A DNA stretch of 42,926 nt, from the IMG/VR virus record IMGVR_UViG_3300037467_001770, positions 1 to 42,926 of that record; one strand, 5' to 3'. Below the pieces are notes generated by a model. It saw nothing but the letters and a program-made list of their open reading frames with translations. It searched no databases and was not told where the DNA came from. Made by a program: the position numbers and the translations under genes. Positions 17,090 through 26,900 of this stretch are shown in pieces; the first letter of the stretch is position 1; each line of letters starts with the position of its first letter. The DNA comes from a virus. Lineage: Duplodnaviria > Caudoviricetes.

Positions 17090-17589
17090 GCGCAACTCGC
17101 TCTCAACGTGTGGGCGCGGTGATGGACTGGCTCCGGCCCATCGCCGAGCCAGTCGCGAGACGCGCGGAGTTCTCGCGCTGGATCAGCGCCAGGAATGCCA
17201 GCGATCCAGACCAGTCCGAAGACTGGTGCGCCGCTTGCGCGCATGCCGAAGTTAACCGTCTGAACGCAAGCAACCCTGACCACCAATATTTCGTTGATGG
17301 CGGATGGGGATCTTCGACCGACTGCCCGGCCTACTGCTGCAAATGCGGGACGACGCTGGACGATGAGCTGACCGAGTACGCCATCATGAACGAGGTGGAT
17401 CACTACTCGGGATGCACGGTGAGCCTGCGCGGAAAGCATGGCGCCTACCGGGCGTTTCGATTCATGCAGGCCTTCGGCGCCGCGGCATTCGACCAGAACA
17501 ACCCAGACATGTGGCGGTTATTCCGCAGGGTGGAGCGCTTGTTCAAGCGCAAAACGACGCCCACCCCTCCCCGCGACAAGGAAAGCTGA
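17086..17589 (+). CDS. Hypothetical Cys-rich protein
   Basis: C-x2-C and C..CG..L motifs; coupled. Confidence 0.7.
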   Translation: MSATRSQRVGAVMDWLRPIAEPVARRAEFSRWISARNASDPDQSEDWCAACAHAEVNRLNASNPDHQYFVDGGWGSSTDCPAYCCKCGTTLDDELTEYAIMNEVDHYSGCTVSLRGKHGAYRAFRFMQAFGAAAFDQNNPDMWRLFRRVERLFKRKTTPTPPRDKES

Positions 17590-17590
17590 C

Positions 17591-17782
17591 ATGAGCCCGG
17601 ACATAGTTGTTCGCCTGGCTCAGCCGGTGGACCTGCACGAAGTAAAGCCGCTCCTGTCGGCGGCCAGGCAGGAAATCATCGAACTGCGCATGGCGCTCAA
17701 TGACCGCGTTTGCACGCACTGCGGCGGGGAAGGACATCGGGCTGGAGATTGCCCGTGGAAGAAGGAAGCAAGGAGGATTTGA
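17591..17782 (+). CDS. Small CCHC zinc-knuckle protein
   Basis: CTHCGGEGHRAGDC (C-x2-C-x4-H-x4-C); SD AAGGA. Confidence 0.7.
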   Translation: MSPDIVVRLAQPVDLHEVKPLLSAARQEIIELRMALNDRVCTHCGGEGHRAGDCPWKKEARRI

Positions 17783-17784
17783 GA

Positions 17785-18000
17785 ATGGAAGCAGTCGCAA
17801 CACATCCGCTGGTCGCGCCGGCCGAGTATGTTACCGTGAGGCTTGCTGCACTGATAACAGGGCTGACGGAAAAGGCCATCCGCCGCAAGATCCAGGAAGG
17901 CAAGTGGGTGGAAGGTAAGGAGTTTCGCCGCTCGCCTGATGGCGGCATCATGATCTCAATGAGGGGCTATCAGAAATGGGTCGAGCAGGGTCGGGCGTAG
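17785..18000 (+). CDS. xis: Excisionase
   Basis: YVT...AA..TGLTEKAIRRKI..G.W.EG.E.R..PDG; directly upstream of int. Confidence 0.88.
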   Translation: MEAVATHPLVAPAEYVTVRLAALITGLTEKAIRRKIQEGKWVEGKEFRRSPDGGIMISMRGYQKWVEQGRA

Positions 18001-19301
18001 AAGCGCGCACCAGCAGCATTCGCGTTCAGTTCGTCCTTGATGGCGAAACTGTGCGCGAGCGGGTAATGGTCAATGGGAAGGCACTGCCGCCCACGCCCGC
18101 AAACATGAAATATGCGACACGCCTGGTCGCGGACATCAAAAAAGCCATCGCCCTTGGCACCTTCAGCTATGCCGACTTTTTCCCGGACTCGCCACGGGCA
18201 AAGGATAAAGGCGACAATCCAACCACTTTCGGCCCGCTGGCAGACTTGTGGCTCGAATCCCAGGGCCGGCTTGCCGACGCATCGCAAGACCAATACGGCA
18301 CCGCCGTGCGCTTCTGGAAGAAGCTGCTCGGTGCCGACCGTCCGCTTGAGCAGCTGACCCATCAATTCCTGGTCGCCAAGATCGGCGGTTACCCGTGGTC
18401 AAGCGCCAAGACACACAACAACTACCTGATCGCCCTGCGCGGCATTCTCGGGCTGGAATATCGCGGCGCCAAAGCGCTGGCCAACCCGCTTGCCGGCATC
18501 TCGAACATGAAGGTGGTCCGCAAGCTCCCGGATCCGCTGACGATTGCGGAACGCGAACAGATCCTAGCTGACATGGCCGAGCGATACGATGAGCGCGTCT
18601 ATGCCTATTTCCTGTGGCAATTCTTCACCGGTATGCGGCCAGAAGAAGCGATCGCCCTGCGCTGGTCAGACCTGGACGCGAATCGCGGCATGGTGCGCGT
18701 GCAGCGCGTGCGTACCTTCAAGGGCGCCGAGCGTGACGGTTCCAAGACCCATACCGAACGGGATGTTGACCTGGTGCCGCAGGCGCTGCAGGCCTTGGCC
18801 ATCATGAAGAAATACACCTTCATGCAGAAGGTCGAGCGCGAAGGCGATGACGACACGGCCGCGGACATCTTCATGAACCCCGTCACGGGCCGCCCCTGGC
18901 ACGACGAGCGCAGCCAGCGCGACACCTACTGGCGGCCGGCAATGAAACGCCTGGGGATTCGCTGGCGCCGGCCGTACAACACCCGCCATACCTTCGCGAC
19001 CGTCGCCCTGATGGCCAGCGTCCCGCCGGCGTACATCTCCAGCCAACTGGGCAATAGCGTCAAGATGCTGCTCGAGGTGTATGCGCGGTGGATTCCGGCC
19101 AACGATCAGGGGAGCGCGCGGGCCATGCTGGCCGCAGCGATGGGAGGCGCAGAAAAACAAAAAGCCGTCGCGAACGACGGCTTTTCATCCCAAATTCATC
19201 CCAACATTCCGACTGCAGATTCTAATTCGTTGAATCTTAAGAAGATTGTTGGTAGGCACGATTGGACTCGAACCAAAAAGCCGGGCAATTCCGGGCAATA
19301 A
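17976..19301 (+). CDS. int: Tyrosine integrase with N-terminal arm-binding domain
   Basis: TGMRPEE..AL.W.D, K, YNTRHT.A, QLGN, YARW; arm domain G.F.YA.FFPDS. Confidence 0.95.
   Translation: MGRAGSGVEARTSSIRVQFVLDGETVRERVMVNGKALPPTPANMKYATRLVADIKKAIALGTFSYADFFPDSPRAKDKGDNPTTFGPLADLWLESQGRLADASQDQYGTAVRFWKKLLGADRPLEQLTHQFLVAKIGGYPWSSAKTHNNYLIALRGILGLEYRGAKALANPLAGISNMKVVRKLPDPLTIAEREQILADMAERYDERVYAYFLWQFFTGMRPEEAIALRWSDLDANRGMVRVQRVRTFKGAERDGSKTHTERDVDLVPQALQALAIMKKYTFMQKVEREGDDDTAADIFMNPVTGRPWHDERSQRDTYWRPAMKRLGIRWRRPYNTRHTFATVALMASVPPAYISSQLGNSVKMLLEVYARWIPANDQGSARAMLAAAMGGAEKQKAVANDGFSSQIHPNIPTADSNSLNLKKIVGRHDWTRTKKPGNSGQ
19160..19185. terminator. Bidirectional terminator-like hairpin inside the int 3' region
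   Basis: AAAAGCCGTCG-CGAA-CGACGGCTTTT. Confidence 0.55.
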
Positions 19302-19384
19302 CGGGCAACGAAGGGTGGAGGACGCTAGGGCGATACTCGCCCAGTACCCCTGATTACCCCGATTCATCCCAAAATTCATCCCAA
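19184..19384. other. attP: tRNA-derived core flanked by arm-type and Xis-type repeats
   Basis: Core 19250-19276 is the reverse complement of a tRNA 3' end (TTGGTTCGAGTCCAATCGTGCCTACCA); TTCATCCCAA pairs at 19184/19195 and 19363/19375; CGGGCAA x3 at 10-bp pitch in 19281-19310. Confidence 0.88.
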
Positions 19385-19396
19385 ATTGCCTGTTCT

Positions 19397-19741
19397 TCAG
19401 GCGTCGGGCTCAGCCGGCTTGAGCACCCAGCTTTGGACGAAATGGACTGGTTGGCCGTCGGCATCGCCTTGGATGATCCAGCCGGTGAAAATCATCTTCG
19501 AGTCGTCCACCTTGATGCAAGCCGGCTCGAACAGCGGCGGAAGCAGTTCACGCCTGGCGGTCGGATGGGGTTCGAAGATGCGCGCGGCCAGCACTGTGCG
19601 GCTGGCGGCGGAGCCTGAAAACTGGCCGTTGGCCGGCCATTCCTCGATCACGAAATTTCCCGTATAGCGGGGAGCGTCTTCCAGCTCGGCGCGCGAAAGC
19701 CGCCGGCCCTTGTCGTAGAGGCAAATCAGTTGCATGTGCAT
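19397..19741 (-). CDS. Hypothetical att-proximal protein
   Basis: Globular sequence (LLPPLFEP...M.FTG...QSW); ATG 19741 or 19735, just after the ligase stop. Confidence 0.7.
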   Translation of the reverse strand: MHMQLICLYDKGRRLSRAELEDAPRYTGNFVIEEWPANGQFSGSAASRTVLAARIFEPHPTARRELLPPLFEPACIKVDDSKMIFTGWIIQGDADGQPVHFVQSWVLKPAEPDA

Positions 19742-19754
19742 GGCCGCTATCGTC

Positions 19755-20669
19755 TCACAACGAAAGATCCGGCCGCAGCCGCGAAAACACGGCATGCCGC
19801 AGTTTGCCGTGCAGTATCTCGAAGTACCGTACTTCGCAGACAATGCGCGGCGTCACCCAGACCAGCTTATAACTGGGTGGATTCAAGACTTGAGGCGAGA
19901 GTGTTATCAGCCCCTGTAGCTCTATTTGCAACGCGGCCGCATCCCGACGTGGCATTGCCGCCCCTACCCTGCCGACATACCGCCAGCCTTGATCCGTCGG
20001 CTCTGCCAGAACAAGCGCCTGGAGCCCGTCGCGGTTGGCCAAGTAGCCGACGATCGCATAGTCGCCGGTCTTGAACGGCTTGACCTTCAGCCAGTCCTGG
20101 GTGCGCTTGCCAGGGGAATATCGGCTGGCTTTCCGCTTGGCGACCACGCCTTCGAGCCCTGCAGCCAAGGAGGCATCATAGAGGGCCGGACCATCGTCTT
20201 GGCTATGCACCAGCTTCACGAACTCGCCCTCAACCAGGGCAGATTCCAGCAGCCGCCGGCGCTCGGTATAGGGCAGATCGCGCGGATTCTGGCCGTCCAG
20301 ATGCAGGATGTCGAAGCAGTAGAAGGCGACGTTGTTCTTGTGGGCTGACTTGGCGCCGAAGCGCGTCTGCAGCTCAGCGAAGGACTGGCGGCCGCTGTCA
20401 TCGAAGGCGACCAGCTCGCCATCAAGGATCAGGGCTTGGTGAGGCTGATGGGAGAGTTCGGCGCACAGGCCGGGTAGCAGGCGGGCAACGGATTGACCGT
20501 TTCTGGTGAGGATGCGCACCTGGCCCGCTTGTAGGTAGGCGATGCCCCGGTAACCGTCCAGCTTGGGTTCGAAGGCCCAGCCATCGGCGCTGAACGGCCG
20601 CTCTGCGATGGCAACGGCCATAGGCTCGATCAGTTTGGGGAAGGCTTCCTTCGGAATATCACCGGACAT
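19755..20669 (-). CDS. ATP-dependent DNA ligase (LigD/LigC-type ligase plus OB domain)
   Basis: EPKLDGYR, LDGELV, FDIL, EGVVAK, WLKVK, LRHAVF..LRPD motifs. Confidence 0.92.
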   Translation of the reverse strand: MSGDIPKEAFPKLIEPMAVAIAERPFSADGWAFEPKLDGYRGIAYLQAGQVRILTRNGQSVARLLPGLCAELSHQPHQALILDGELVAFDDSGRQSFAELQTRFGAKSAHKNNVAFYCFDILHLDGQNPRDLPYTERRRLLESALVEGEFVKLVHSQDDGPALYDASLAAGLEGVVAKRKASRYSPGKRTQDWLKVKPFKTGDYAIVGYLANRDGLQALVLAEPTDQGWRYVGRVGAAMPRRDAAALQIELQGLITLSPQVLNPPSYKLVWVTPRIVCEVRYFEILHGKLRHAVFSRLRPDLSL

Positions 20670-20812
20670 GCAGCCGATAATCGCATGCGCCTTTTTATGG
20701 CGCGCCTTCTTCGATCAAGAAGCGGCCGGCAAACCAACCTGTGCGTGGCACTTGACCGGACGAACCAGCAGCGGGACACTTGCCACGTAGGCAATCGACA
20801 GGAGGCCGGGTC

Positions 20813-21019
20813 ATGGAATGCAATTCCAATACGGTGCGGCAACGCTGGGTCTTTGGGGATTATGTCGTCTACGCCCGGGATCGCTTTCTGGCGCGGGAGA
20901 TCTTCGAGGCTGTCACCGAGCGTCCGGAACCTGACCGGCCATTCGGGATTGTTACCTTGCCGACCGGAACCGGGAATTGGCTGCGGCTGGCGCGGCGGCG
21001 AGGTGCGCCGCCTACTTAG
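20813..21019 (+). CDS. Small hypothetical protein
   Basis: SD AGGAGG before ATG (MECNSNTV...); divergent from the ligase, convergent with the o-spanin. Confidence 0.5.
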   Translation: MECNSNTVRQRWVFGDYVVYARDRFLAREIFEAVTERPEPDRPFGIVTLPTGTGNWLRLARRRGAPPT

Positions 21020-21021
21020 CT

Positions 21022-21273
21022 CTATTTCGGCCAAGCGTCCACGGTCTTCGCATGCCTGACACCGCAGTCGGCATAGTTCGGCAGCACCACATCTACCATC
21101 CAAGTCAGCCAAGCGTCGTAATCGTCAGCGGCCGGCTGGCCGTTCGGCTTGCACGGCTCGGCCAGCGACTGGTCCAGCGATGGCTTGATCGACGGCGCCG
21201 GCGGCGGCAGTGAGCTGGCGCACGCGCACAGAATCAGGCTTGCAGCCAGCAGGCAAAGGAATCGGTTTCGCAT
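21022..21273 (-). CDS. Rz1: o-spanin lipoprotein (Rz1-like)
   Basis: MRNRF + hydrophobic stretch + LCA-C lipobox, Pro-rich, C..RH; overlaps the i-spanin. Confidence 0.85.
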   Translation of the reverse strand: MRNRFLCLLAASLILCACASSLPPPAPSIKPSLDQSLAEPCKPNGQPAADDYDAWLTWMVDVVLPNYADCGVRHAKTVDAWPK

Positions 21274-21538
21274 TCTTGAAGTCCAGTCGGATGGCGGCCA
21301 GTTGGTTGGTGACGGCGGCCAGGTCAAGCTTCGCGCCAGCGGCCGCTGCCTGGATGCGATCGCTTGCGGTCTTGAAATCGTCCAGGGCGGCTTTGTACTG
21401 GTCGGCCGCGGTCTGGGCTTGGCCGCGCTCCAGGTCCGCGATCACCGCGTCTTTCCGCCAGCCCTGGGCGGTCCAGCCGCCGGCGAAGCCGATTGCAAGC
21501 AGAGCCACGGCGAGCAGGATCTTCATTGCAGTCGTCAT
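21125..21538 (-). CDS. Rz: i-spanin (Rz-like)
   Basis: N-terminal TM, GW..QGWR, coiled coil, LP..C. Confidence 0.85.
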   Translation of the reverse strand: MTTAMKILLAVALLAIGFAGGWTAQGWRKDAVIADLERGQAQTAADQYKAALDDFKTASDRIQAAAAGAKLDLAAVTNQLAAIRLDFKNAKPIPLPAGCKPDSVRVRQLTAAAGAVDQAIAGPVAGRAVQAERPAGR

Positions 21539-22041
21539 TGCGCCTCCAGACATTTCGCATGCCGCCCCTGCTGGCGGGTCCAGACGCCGGCACAGACCCT
21601 GTTCCCCGGAATCGAGCAGTCATACCCGCCCGAGAACCTGTACAGCAGCAGCGCGTCGCAGGCCTGCCTGTAGTGGCCGGCCAGCAGCTCGCGGCGCATC
21701 GATGACGCATTCCAGCGGCCGTTCCCGTACTGATAGACCCAATCCATGTAGAGGTCGTATTCCGCCTGGTACAGCGCAACACCCGGCAGCGAAGCCCGAA
21801 ACGCCGCTTCCTCCTTGCTGATGTGCGCCGCCGCCGCAATCACCGCCCTGACAGGCGTTGTCTTGTCGCCCATCGCCACCGGCGTGCCGTCCTCGCGGAA
21901 GGTGCTACCGAACCCGACAGTCGGCCGATCATTCTTTGTCGGCACGATGGCGGTGTCGGTGTAGCCCTCTTGGCCCACGATGGCAACGAAGCCCGCTGCG
22001 CTCAGCGACAGGGCTGCGACCAGGATGCGGACTTTGCTCAT
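21535..22041 (-). CDS. SAR endolysin, GH24 (T4-like) lysozyme
   Basis: N-terminal Ala/Gly-rich SAR segment, EG...D.PT.GFG, AC.ALL, GVWTR. Confidence 0.9.
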   Translation of the reverse strand: MSKVRILVAALSLSAAGFVAIVGQEGYTDTAIVPTKNDRPTVGFGSTFREDGTPVAMGDKTTPVRAVIAAAAHISKEEAAFRASLPGVALYQAEYDLYMDWVYQYGNGRWNASSMRRELLAGHYRQACDALLLYRFSGGYDCSIPGNRVCAGVWTRQQGRHAKCLEAQ

Positions 22042-22205
22042 GCGCTGCGTTCCCTCTTCTTTCGCTGGTGCCGGTCGTAGAACTGAACGATCAGCCAAGC
22101 AATGGACAGCACGGAAGCGATATGGGGAAGCCAACCCAGCAGGGCGGCGAAGGCGTTGACCGCAGCAGCGGCGTCGAGCGTCGTCTTGATCGGGTTTCCG
22201 TTCAC
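22038..22205 (-). CDS. Putative holin/pinholin
   Basis: 55 aa, hydrophobic core, very basic C-tail, coupled to the endolysin; GTG start. Confidence 0.7.
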   Translation of the reverse strand: MNGNPIKTTLDAAAAVNAFAALLGWLPHIASVLSIAWLIVQFYDRHQRKKRERSA

Positions 22206-22239
22206 TGGGATTCCTGTCTGAGTTGGAAGGTTTGAAGGG

Positions 22240-22590
22240 TCAGACGTGCTTGCCGGTCGGGTCGAAGGCATCGAGCAGATTTGCCGCCATCCAGCGGGCG
22301 ATGGCGCCGCGCCAGGTCTGCTGGTAGTAGTGGCGCTTGAGCCTGGCCGTGACGACCCATTCCCGCGGCACTTCCAGCAGGACGATAGTCATCACCGTGA
22401 TGTTCGCGAGGAAGTCCAGGAACAGGCCGAAATACAGCAGCGGCAGACCCAAGACATAGGCCGGCTTGGGCAGTGTTCCGGCGTCCCGCGCGCGCATCAG
22501 GTTCATGACGGCCAGGTAGAAAACCCAGAGGCCATACATCAATGCCAGCGACGCGCCGGCGCCCTTCAGCAGCATCAGCCCAGTGCCCAT
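22240..22590 (-). CDS. Membrane protein (two TM segments)
   Basis: Hydrophobic helices; P.EW.VT.RL.R and LD.FDP.G.H motifs. Confidence 0.7.
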   Translation of the reverse strand: MGTGLMLLKGAGASLALMYGLWVFYLAVMNLMRARDAGTLPKPAYVLGLPLLYFGLFLDFLANITVMTIVLLEVPREWVVTARLKRHYYQQTWRGAIARWMAANLLDAFDPTGKHV

Positions 22591-22904
22591 ATTTGCTCCC
22601 TCAGTGCGGTGATTTGTTCATCCAGCGCCTTGAACTTCACATAGGCCGGGATGGTTTCCAGGTCTTCGCCAAGCTGGCCAGCCATGAATTCCATCTGGCG
22701 CAGCGAAAGCTCGCGCACGCCGCGGTTCATCAGCGATTCCAGTTCCAGACGGTCGATTTCCCTCTGCAGGCTCGCAGCCTGGTCAGCCGCCGTTGGAGCA
22801 AGGTCAGGATGGCCTTCATCCAGCCACTCTTCGGCTATTCCCGGCTGAGCAATCGCAAAGCGGCCAATCACCGCGCCGTCTTGATTCCGTTGAACGTAGG
22901 GCAT
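22575..22904 (-). CDS. Putative tail fibre assembly chaperone
   Basis: Follows the fibre gene; YVQR...G.V...F...Q...EE.L....P and I..LR tail. Confidence 0.6.
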   Translation of the reverse strand: MPYVQRNQDGAVIGRFAIAQPGIAEEWLDEGHPDLAPTAADQAASLQREIDRLELESLMNRGVRELSLRQMEFMAGQLGEDLETIPAYVKFKALDEQITALREQIWALG

Positions 22905-22913
22905 GCCTTCTCC

Positions 22914-23885
22914 TTATGCTTCACGGCCACGGCGGTCCACCCAGCCGTGGGTATTGATGTTCAACGTGTTCACAAACGTGGAGCGCGCTCCAATTCGCGC
23001 CGAGGTGTCGGTGTAGATGCTCGCCATCCCGCCGTGACTTGCCCCGGATGTCTGGTTCGAGCCGGCGATGGTGAATGCCGAAAGTCCAGGCGCGGTATCG
23101 GCCGTTGAGGGGTCGGTCAGCAGCGTGGCATGGGTGGCCGTGACCGAGCTGAAATGAGCCACCGAGACATTGGCCTGCACTCGAACTCCGGTCGGCACCG
23201 ACAACGTGTACAGCGTGCGATTGGCGGCGGTGGACGAAGTATTCACGTCTGCGACCGGAACATCCCACTGGAACACGTCGCCGTCCTGGATGAACTTGGT
23301 CCACTGCCCTGACCCGTTTGTTCGGCCGGAACCGATCCGCCGCTTGTAGATGTACCCGGTCGGCATCGTGGGGGCGCTGACCGAGAGCGAAAACAGGACG
23401 TCAGTCGTACCATCCGCCTTGGCAACCTGGTAAAAGTGATACCAGGTGTTGTTGGCGATGGCCCCGGTGTCGAGGCCGCCATTGCCGCTTCCCGCCGCCC
23501 AGGACGAGGTTGTTTTGTTGATCGAAGCGGCCAATGTCATCAGGACAGCATTGCCACTATCCGCAGCGACGCCAGCGGCGATCGTCATCGTGGTGGAGCT
23601 CCCTGCTGTCGACATGCCGAGGCCAGCAAGGTAGGAGCGCAGAGCGCCGGACAGTCCAGTGCCACCCCTTGCCGCAGGAAGCGTTCCTACGGTCAGATCG
23701 GACGCAGACCCGGAGGATGCGACGGCGGCGAGCCCGAGTGCAGTACGCGCATCCGCCGGGAGGCCACTGGTTCCAAGCAGCGCAGTCACAGCTTGGAAGA
23801 ACTGCTGCCATTTGGTCTTCGCGGTTGCCGGCGCCAGCGCACCGGCGGGGAACAGGTCACTCTCAGGAGGGAATGCAGTTGGCAT
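22914..23885 (-). CDS. Tail fibre / receptor-binding protein
   Basis: ARTALGL..VA.SG, GTLP.ARGGTG, GGLDTG.IA.NTWYH, P.GY..KRRIG. Confidence 0.8.
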   Translation of the reverse strand: MPTAFPPESDLFPAGALAPATAKTKWQQFFQAVTALLGTSGLPADARTALGLAAVASSGSASDLTVGTLPAARGGTGLSGALRSYLAGLGMSTAGSSTTMTIAAGVAADSGNAVLMTLAASINKTTSSWAAGSGNGGLDTGAIANNTWYHFYQVAKADGTTDVLFSLSVSAPTMPTGYIYKRRIGSGRTNGSGQWTKFIQDGDVFQWDVPVADVNTSSTAANRTLYTLSVPTGVRVQANVSVAHFSSVTATHATLLTDPSTADTAPGLSAFTIAGSNQTSGASHGGMASIYTDTSARIGARSTFVNTLNINTHGWVDRRGREA

Positions 23886-23909
23886 GTAATTTCCTTTGTC
23901 GGTATTGCT

Positions 23910-26900
23910 TCAAAAGCCGCGCACGCGGGCGGCCTGCCCGGTGCAGTTGACCGGGGCGCCGGCCGAATTGATGAACTCCACCAGGGGCCCCAGGACGGGA
24001 TCAAATTCCTTCACCCGGCCTGCAATGGCCCCAGACCCATCGGCCGATACCGTGAACAGCACTTCCTCGATCTCGATCCAGTCGATGGCCGGCACGCCGG
24101 CGCCAGGCGCAAGGCGAGTTCCGGCAGAGCTGATGGTCAGCCCGGTAAAGACCTGTTCAAGAGCAGGCATCTGCAGGCGGGCGTCCAACGCAGACAGTTC
24201 TCCCCGTTGGGGGCCGCTGTCGACGCTCACCTGAACCAGAATCCCTTGGTCAGCGGCGCTTGGAATGCCACCCAGGTAGGGTTGCAGCGCGCCCATTGCG
24301 CCATAGAGGCTTTCGTAGCCGGACCAGAAGTCAGCCGAATCCGGCGCCCAGTAGTCGCCGGTCGAGGCGCCGTCACGCTGCCACTGGATCGAGCTGCGGG
24401 ATCCTGCAACCGCCGTCTCCACGATGACAGTTCCGTCGCCATACGCCGGAACGAAGCGGGCCGTATAGGTCATGGCCAGGTAGTTCGTGCCACCCCAGAA
24501 ATCGGCAGCGTTGTCGCGCACCCAGAAGCTTTCGCGGCCGATGGACCAGAAGTCGGCGGCCGGATCGACGTTCGCCAGCACCTCGCCACCGGAAGCAGCG
24601 CAGTTGAATAGAGCGCCAGGCCAGCCGGCGCCGGCGTAGTCAACGTCTTGGGCGACATTCAGCGGATCTTCCACGCCGAAATCCAGCGTTTCAAAGCCTG
24701 GCAGGCCGTAATTTCCGCTGGTGTCGACGGCGGTCACAAAGATGGTCTGGACGCCCTGCAGCCGCTGCTTGAACTCGTATGGGCTGTCGGTGATGAGGCC
24801 TTCATGCAGCGGCACAGCCAGGGACCATTGATCCGCGCCAGCTTCACCGGGCAGGGAACGCACCTGGTAGCCCGCCAAATCCTTGTCCGTCACCTTGGGG
24901 AAATAGGCGAACTGCTGGGTCAGCGCCAGCCCTGTAATTGCTGTCGGCGGCTCGGTCTTTCCAATGACGGTATGCCGCTGATAGGCCCAGTCGCTCCGAA
25001 CGTTCAGGAATGGCGCCACAGAGCGAGTGCGGACGATATAGACCGCACCTTCCTCGACCGGAGACAGATAGCGCTGCGACACATCGCCGGCAACCGCGTC
25101 CTTCTGCCAGACCTCGCTGCCTACCTTCTTCCACTGAATCTCGACTTCGCCGTTCGTGAAAACGGATTGCGAGGCGGGCAAATCCCATTGGGCGAGGATG
25201 CGCGATACCACCGTTCCATCAGCCTGCAATTGCAGCGCATCGGTGCCGGAAGTGCAGGTCAGGCCGGTGATAGCGGGCGCAAAGAACGGATTGGGCAGAT
25301 CACTGTTCGGCGTGCTGTCGACTTCAACGGCGTCTTCCAAATCCCAGATGCTGGCCGCGTCTTCCTTCAGTGTCAGCGAGACAGCAGACCGCGGCGAATA
25401 GTTTTTGTCGGTAATGCGGAAGACTTTGGCCGACCAGCCATAGAAGGGGCTTGTCAGCGTCACGCGCTCACCGACCTTGCGGTCCCAGGCCTTCAGCGAG
25501 AATTCCGCTTTGACGGTGTAGCCGTTGCGCTGGTCTTCCGTGAAGATGCGTGCCAGGTTGTGAACGCGCTGGGTGCTGTCGGTGTAAGGGAAGTCGATGT
25601 CGGTCCAGAGTTCCCCGCCATCGGAATTCAGGTAGGCATTGTTCTGGTAGGGCTGGAAGTCAGTCGGAACGTAATCGTTCTCCGCGCTGATGAACTGCCC
25701 GCGCACTCCGTTATAGAGGTCGGCGTCCGCAACGCCAGGCGTGATTGAAATCGCGCCTACGATGTCCGACTGCTGCAGCGCCATCACCGGAGCCACATAC
25801 TTGCCAGCCCATACCGACCACGAAGTGGAAACGATGCCGCCAGCCATGGACTGCGCCATCTTCTCCAACACCTTCTGCGCCGACTGGTCAGCCGTCACAT
25901 CGCCATTGAAGGTATAGCGCGGGCCGTAGACCGTCGACTCGTCGCAGACGTTGGCGGCGGCAATGAAATCGGCCAGCGGCAAATCAGACGCCGGCACGCC
26001 GCACATTTCGCTGGTCAGGTAGTCATAGATCACCAGTGCGTTGTTCTGGCTCCATGCCGTGGTGCTGGTGCGGGGGTCAAAAAGCTTCTTTCCGCGCAGC
26101 AGGACTTCGATGTCGGGGATACCGCCCTGGAACTCAGGCTGGTTCAAGTCCAGCGTGACGACGGTGTAGGTGAAGCCGCGCAGCACCGAGGTCGCCGGCC
26201 ACTTGGCGGGCAGCAGGCCGTTCAGGTAGGCATCAACCGGATCGTTCGCTGTGCCAAGGTGCTTCTGTACCCGCACCGTGCTGGTGTTCTGGGTGTATCG
26301 GCACTCCATGAAGAACGGAGCCTCGCCGCTGGTAGCGGTGAGGGTGTTCCCAGAAATGGTAAAGGTCGCCGTTGGGTAGCTGCCGCCAAATCCGCTTTCG
26401 TCGCCGCCTGAATATTGTCCGTAGCTGACAATGATCGTGCTGGCGTCGAATCCCTCGGGCAGGGTGAAAACGTTTGTATTCCCCCAGCCAGACGAGTAAT
26501 AGCCTGAAGTCGTCTTGAAGTAGTCGCCGGATGTGACCCTCCCCTGCGCATCAAGCGGTCCGAGCGCCTTGCCAGCGACGTAGATTTCTTCGAAGGCGTC
26601 GCATTCATGCGCGGCGTGCACGCAAACCAGGTGCTTGAATTGGTCGCGGTCGCCGCTGGCCAGGATCGCCACGATCGCAGAGCCCACGCGCGCACGGCCG
26701 TAGACGTAACGGAATGGAGCAGCCGCGCTGAGAGCGGTTACCGTGCGGTCCTGCAGAGATCCGTTATAGGCGTCGCGGCGTGCGCGCTCCTGCTCTTCGA
26801 CCTGGCGCTGCGCCTTCTTCTGCTGGGCATCACCAAAGATGATCGAACCAGCAATGGCAAGCACCATTCCCCAAGGGCCGGGAACAAATGCGGACGCGAC

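Noticed and set aside
19250-19276. tRNA gene
   Set aside because: Only the T-arm and 3' acceptor strand are present; it is the att core
19184-19384. CRISPR or guide-RNA array
   Set aside because: Repeats are 7-10 bp without unique spacers and are explained by attP
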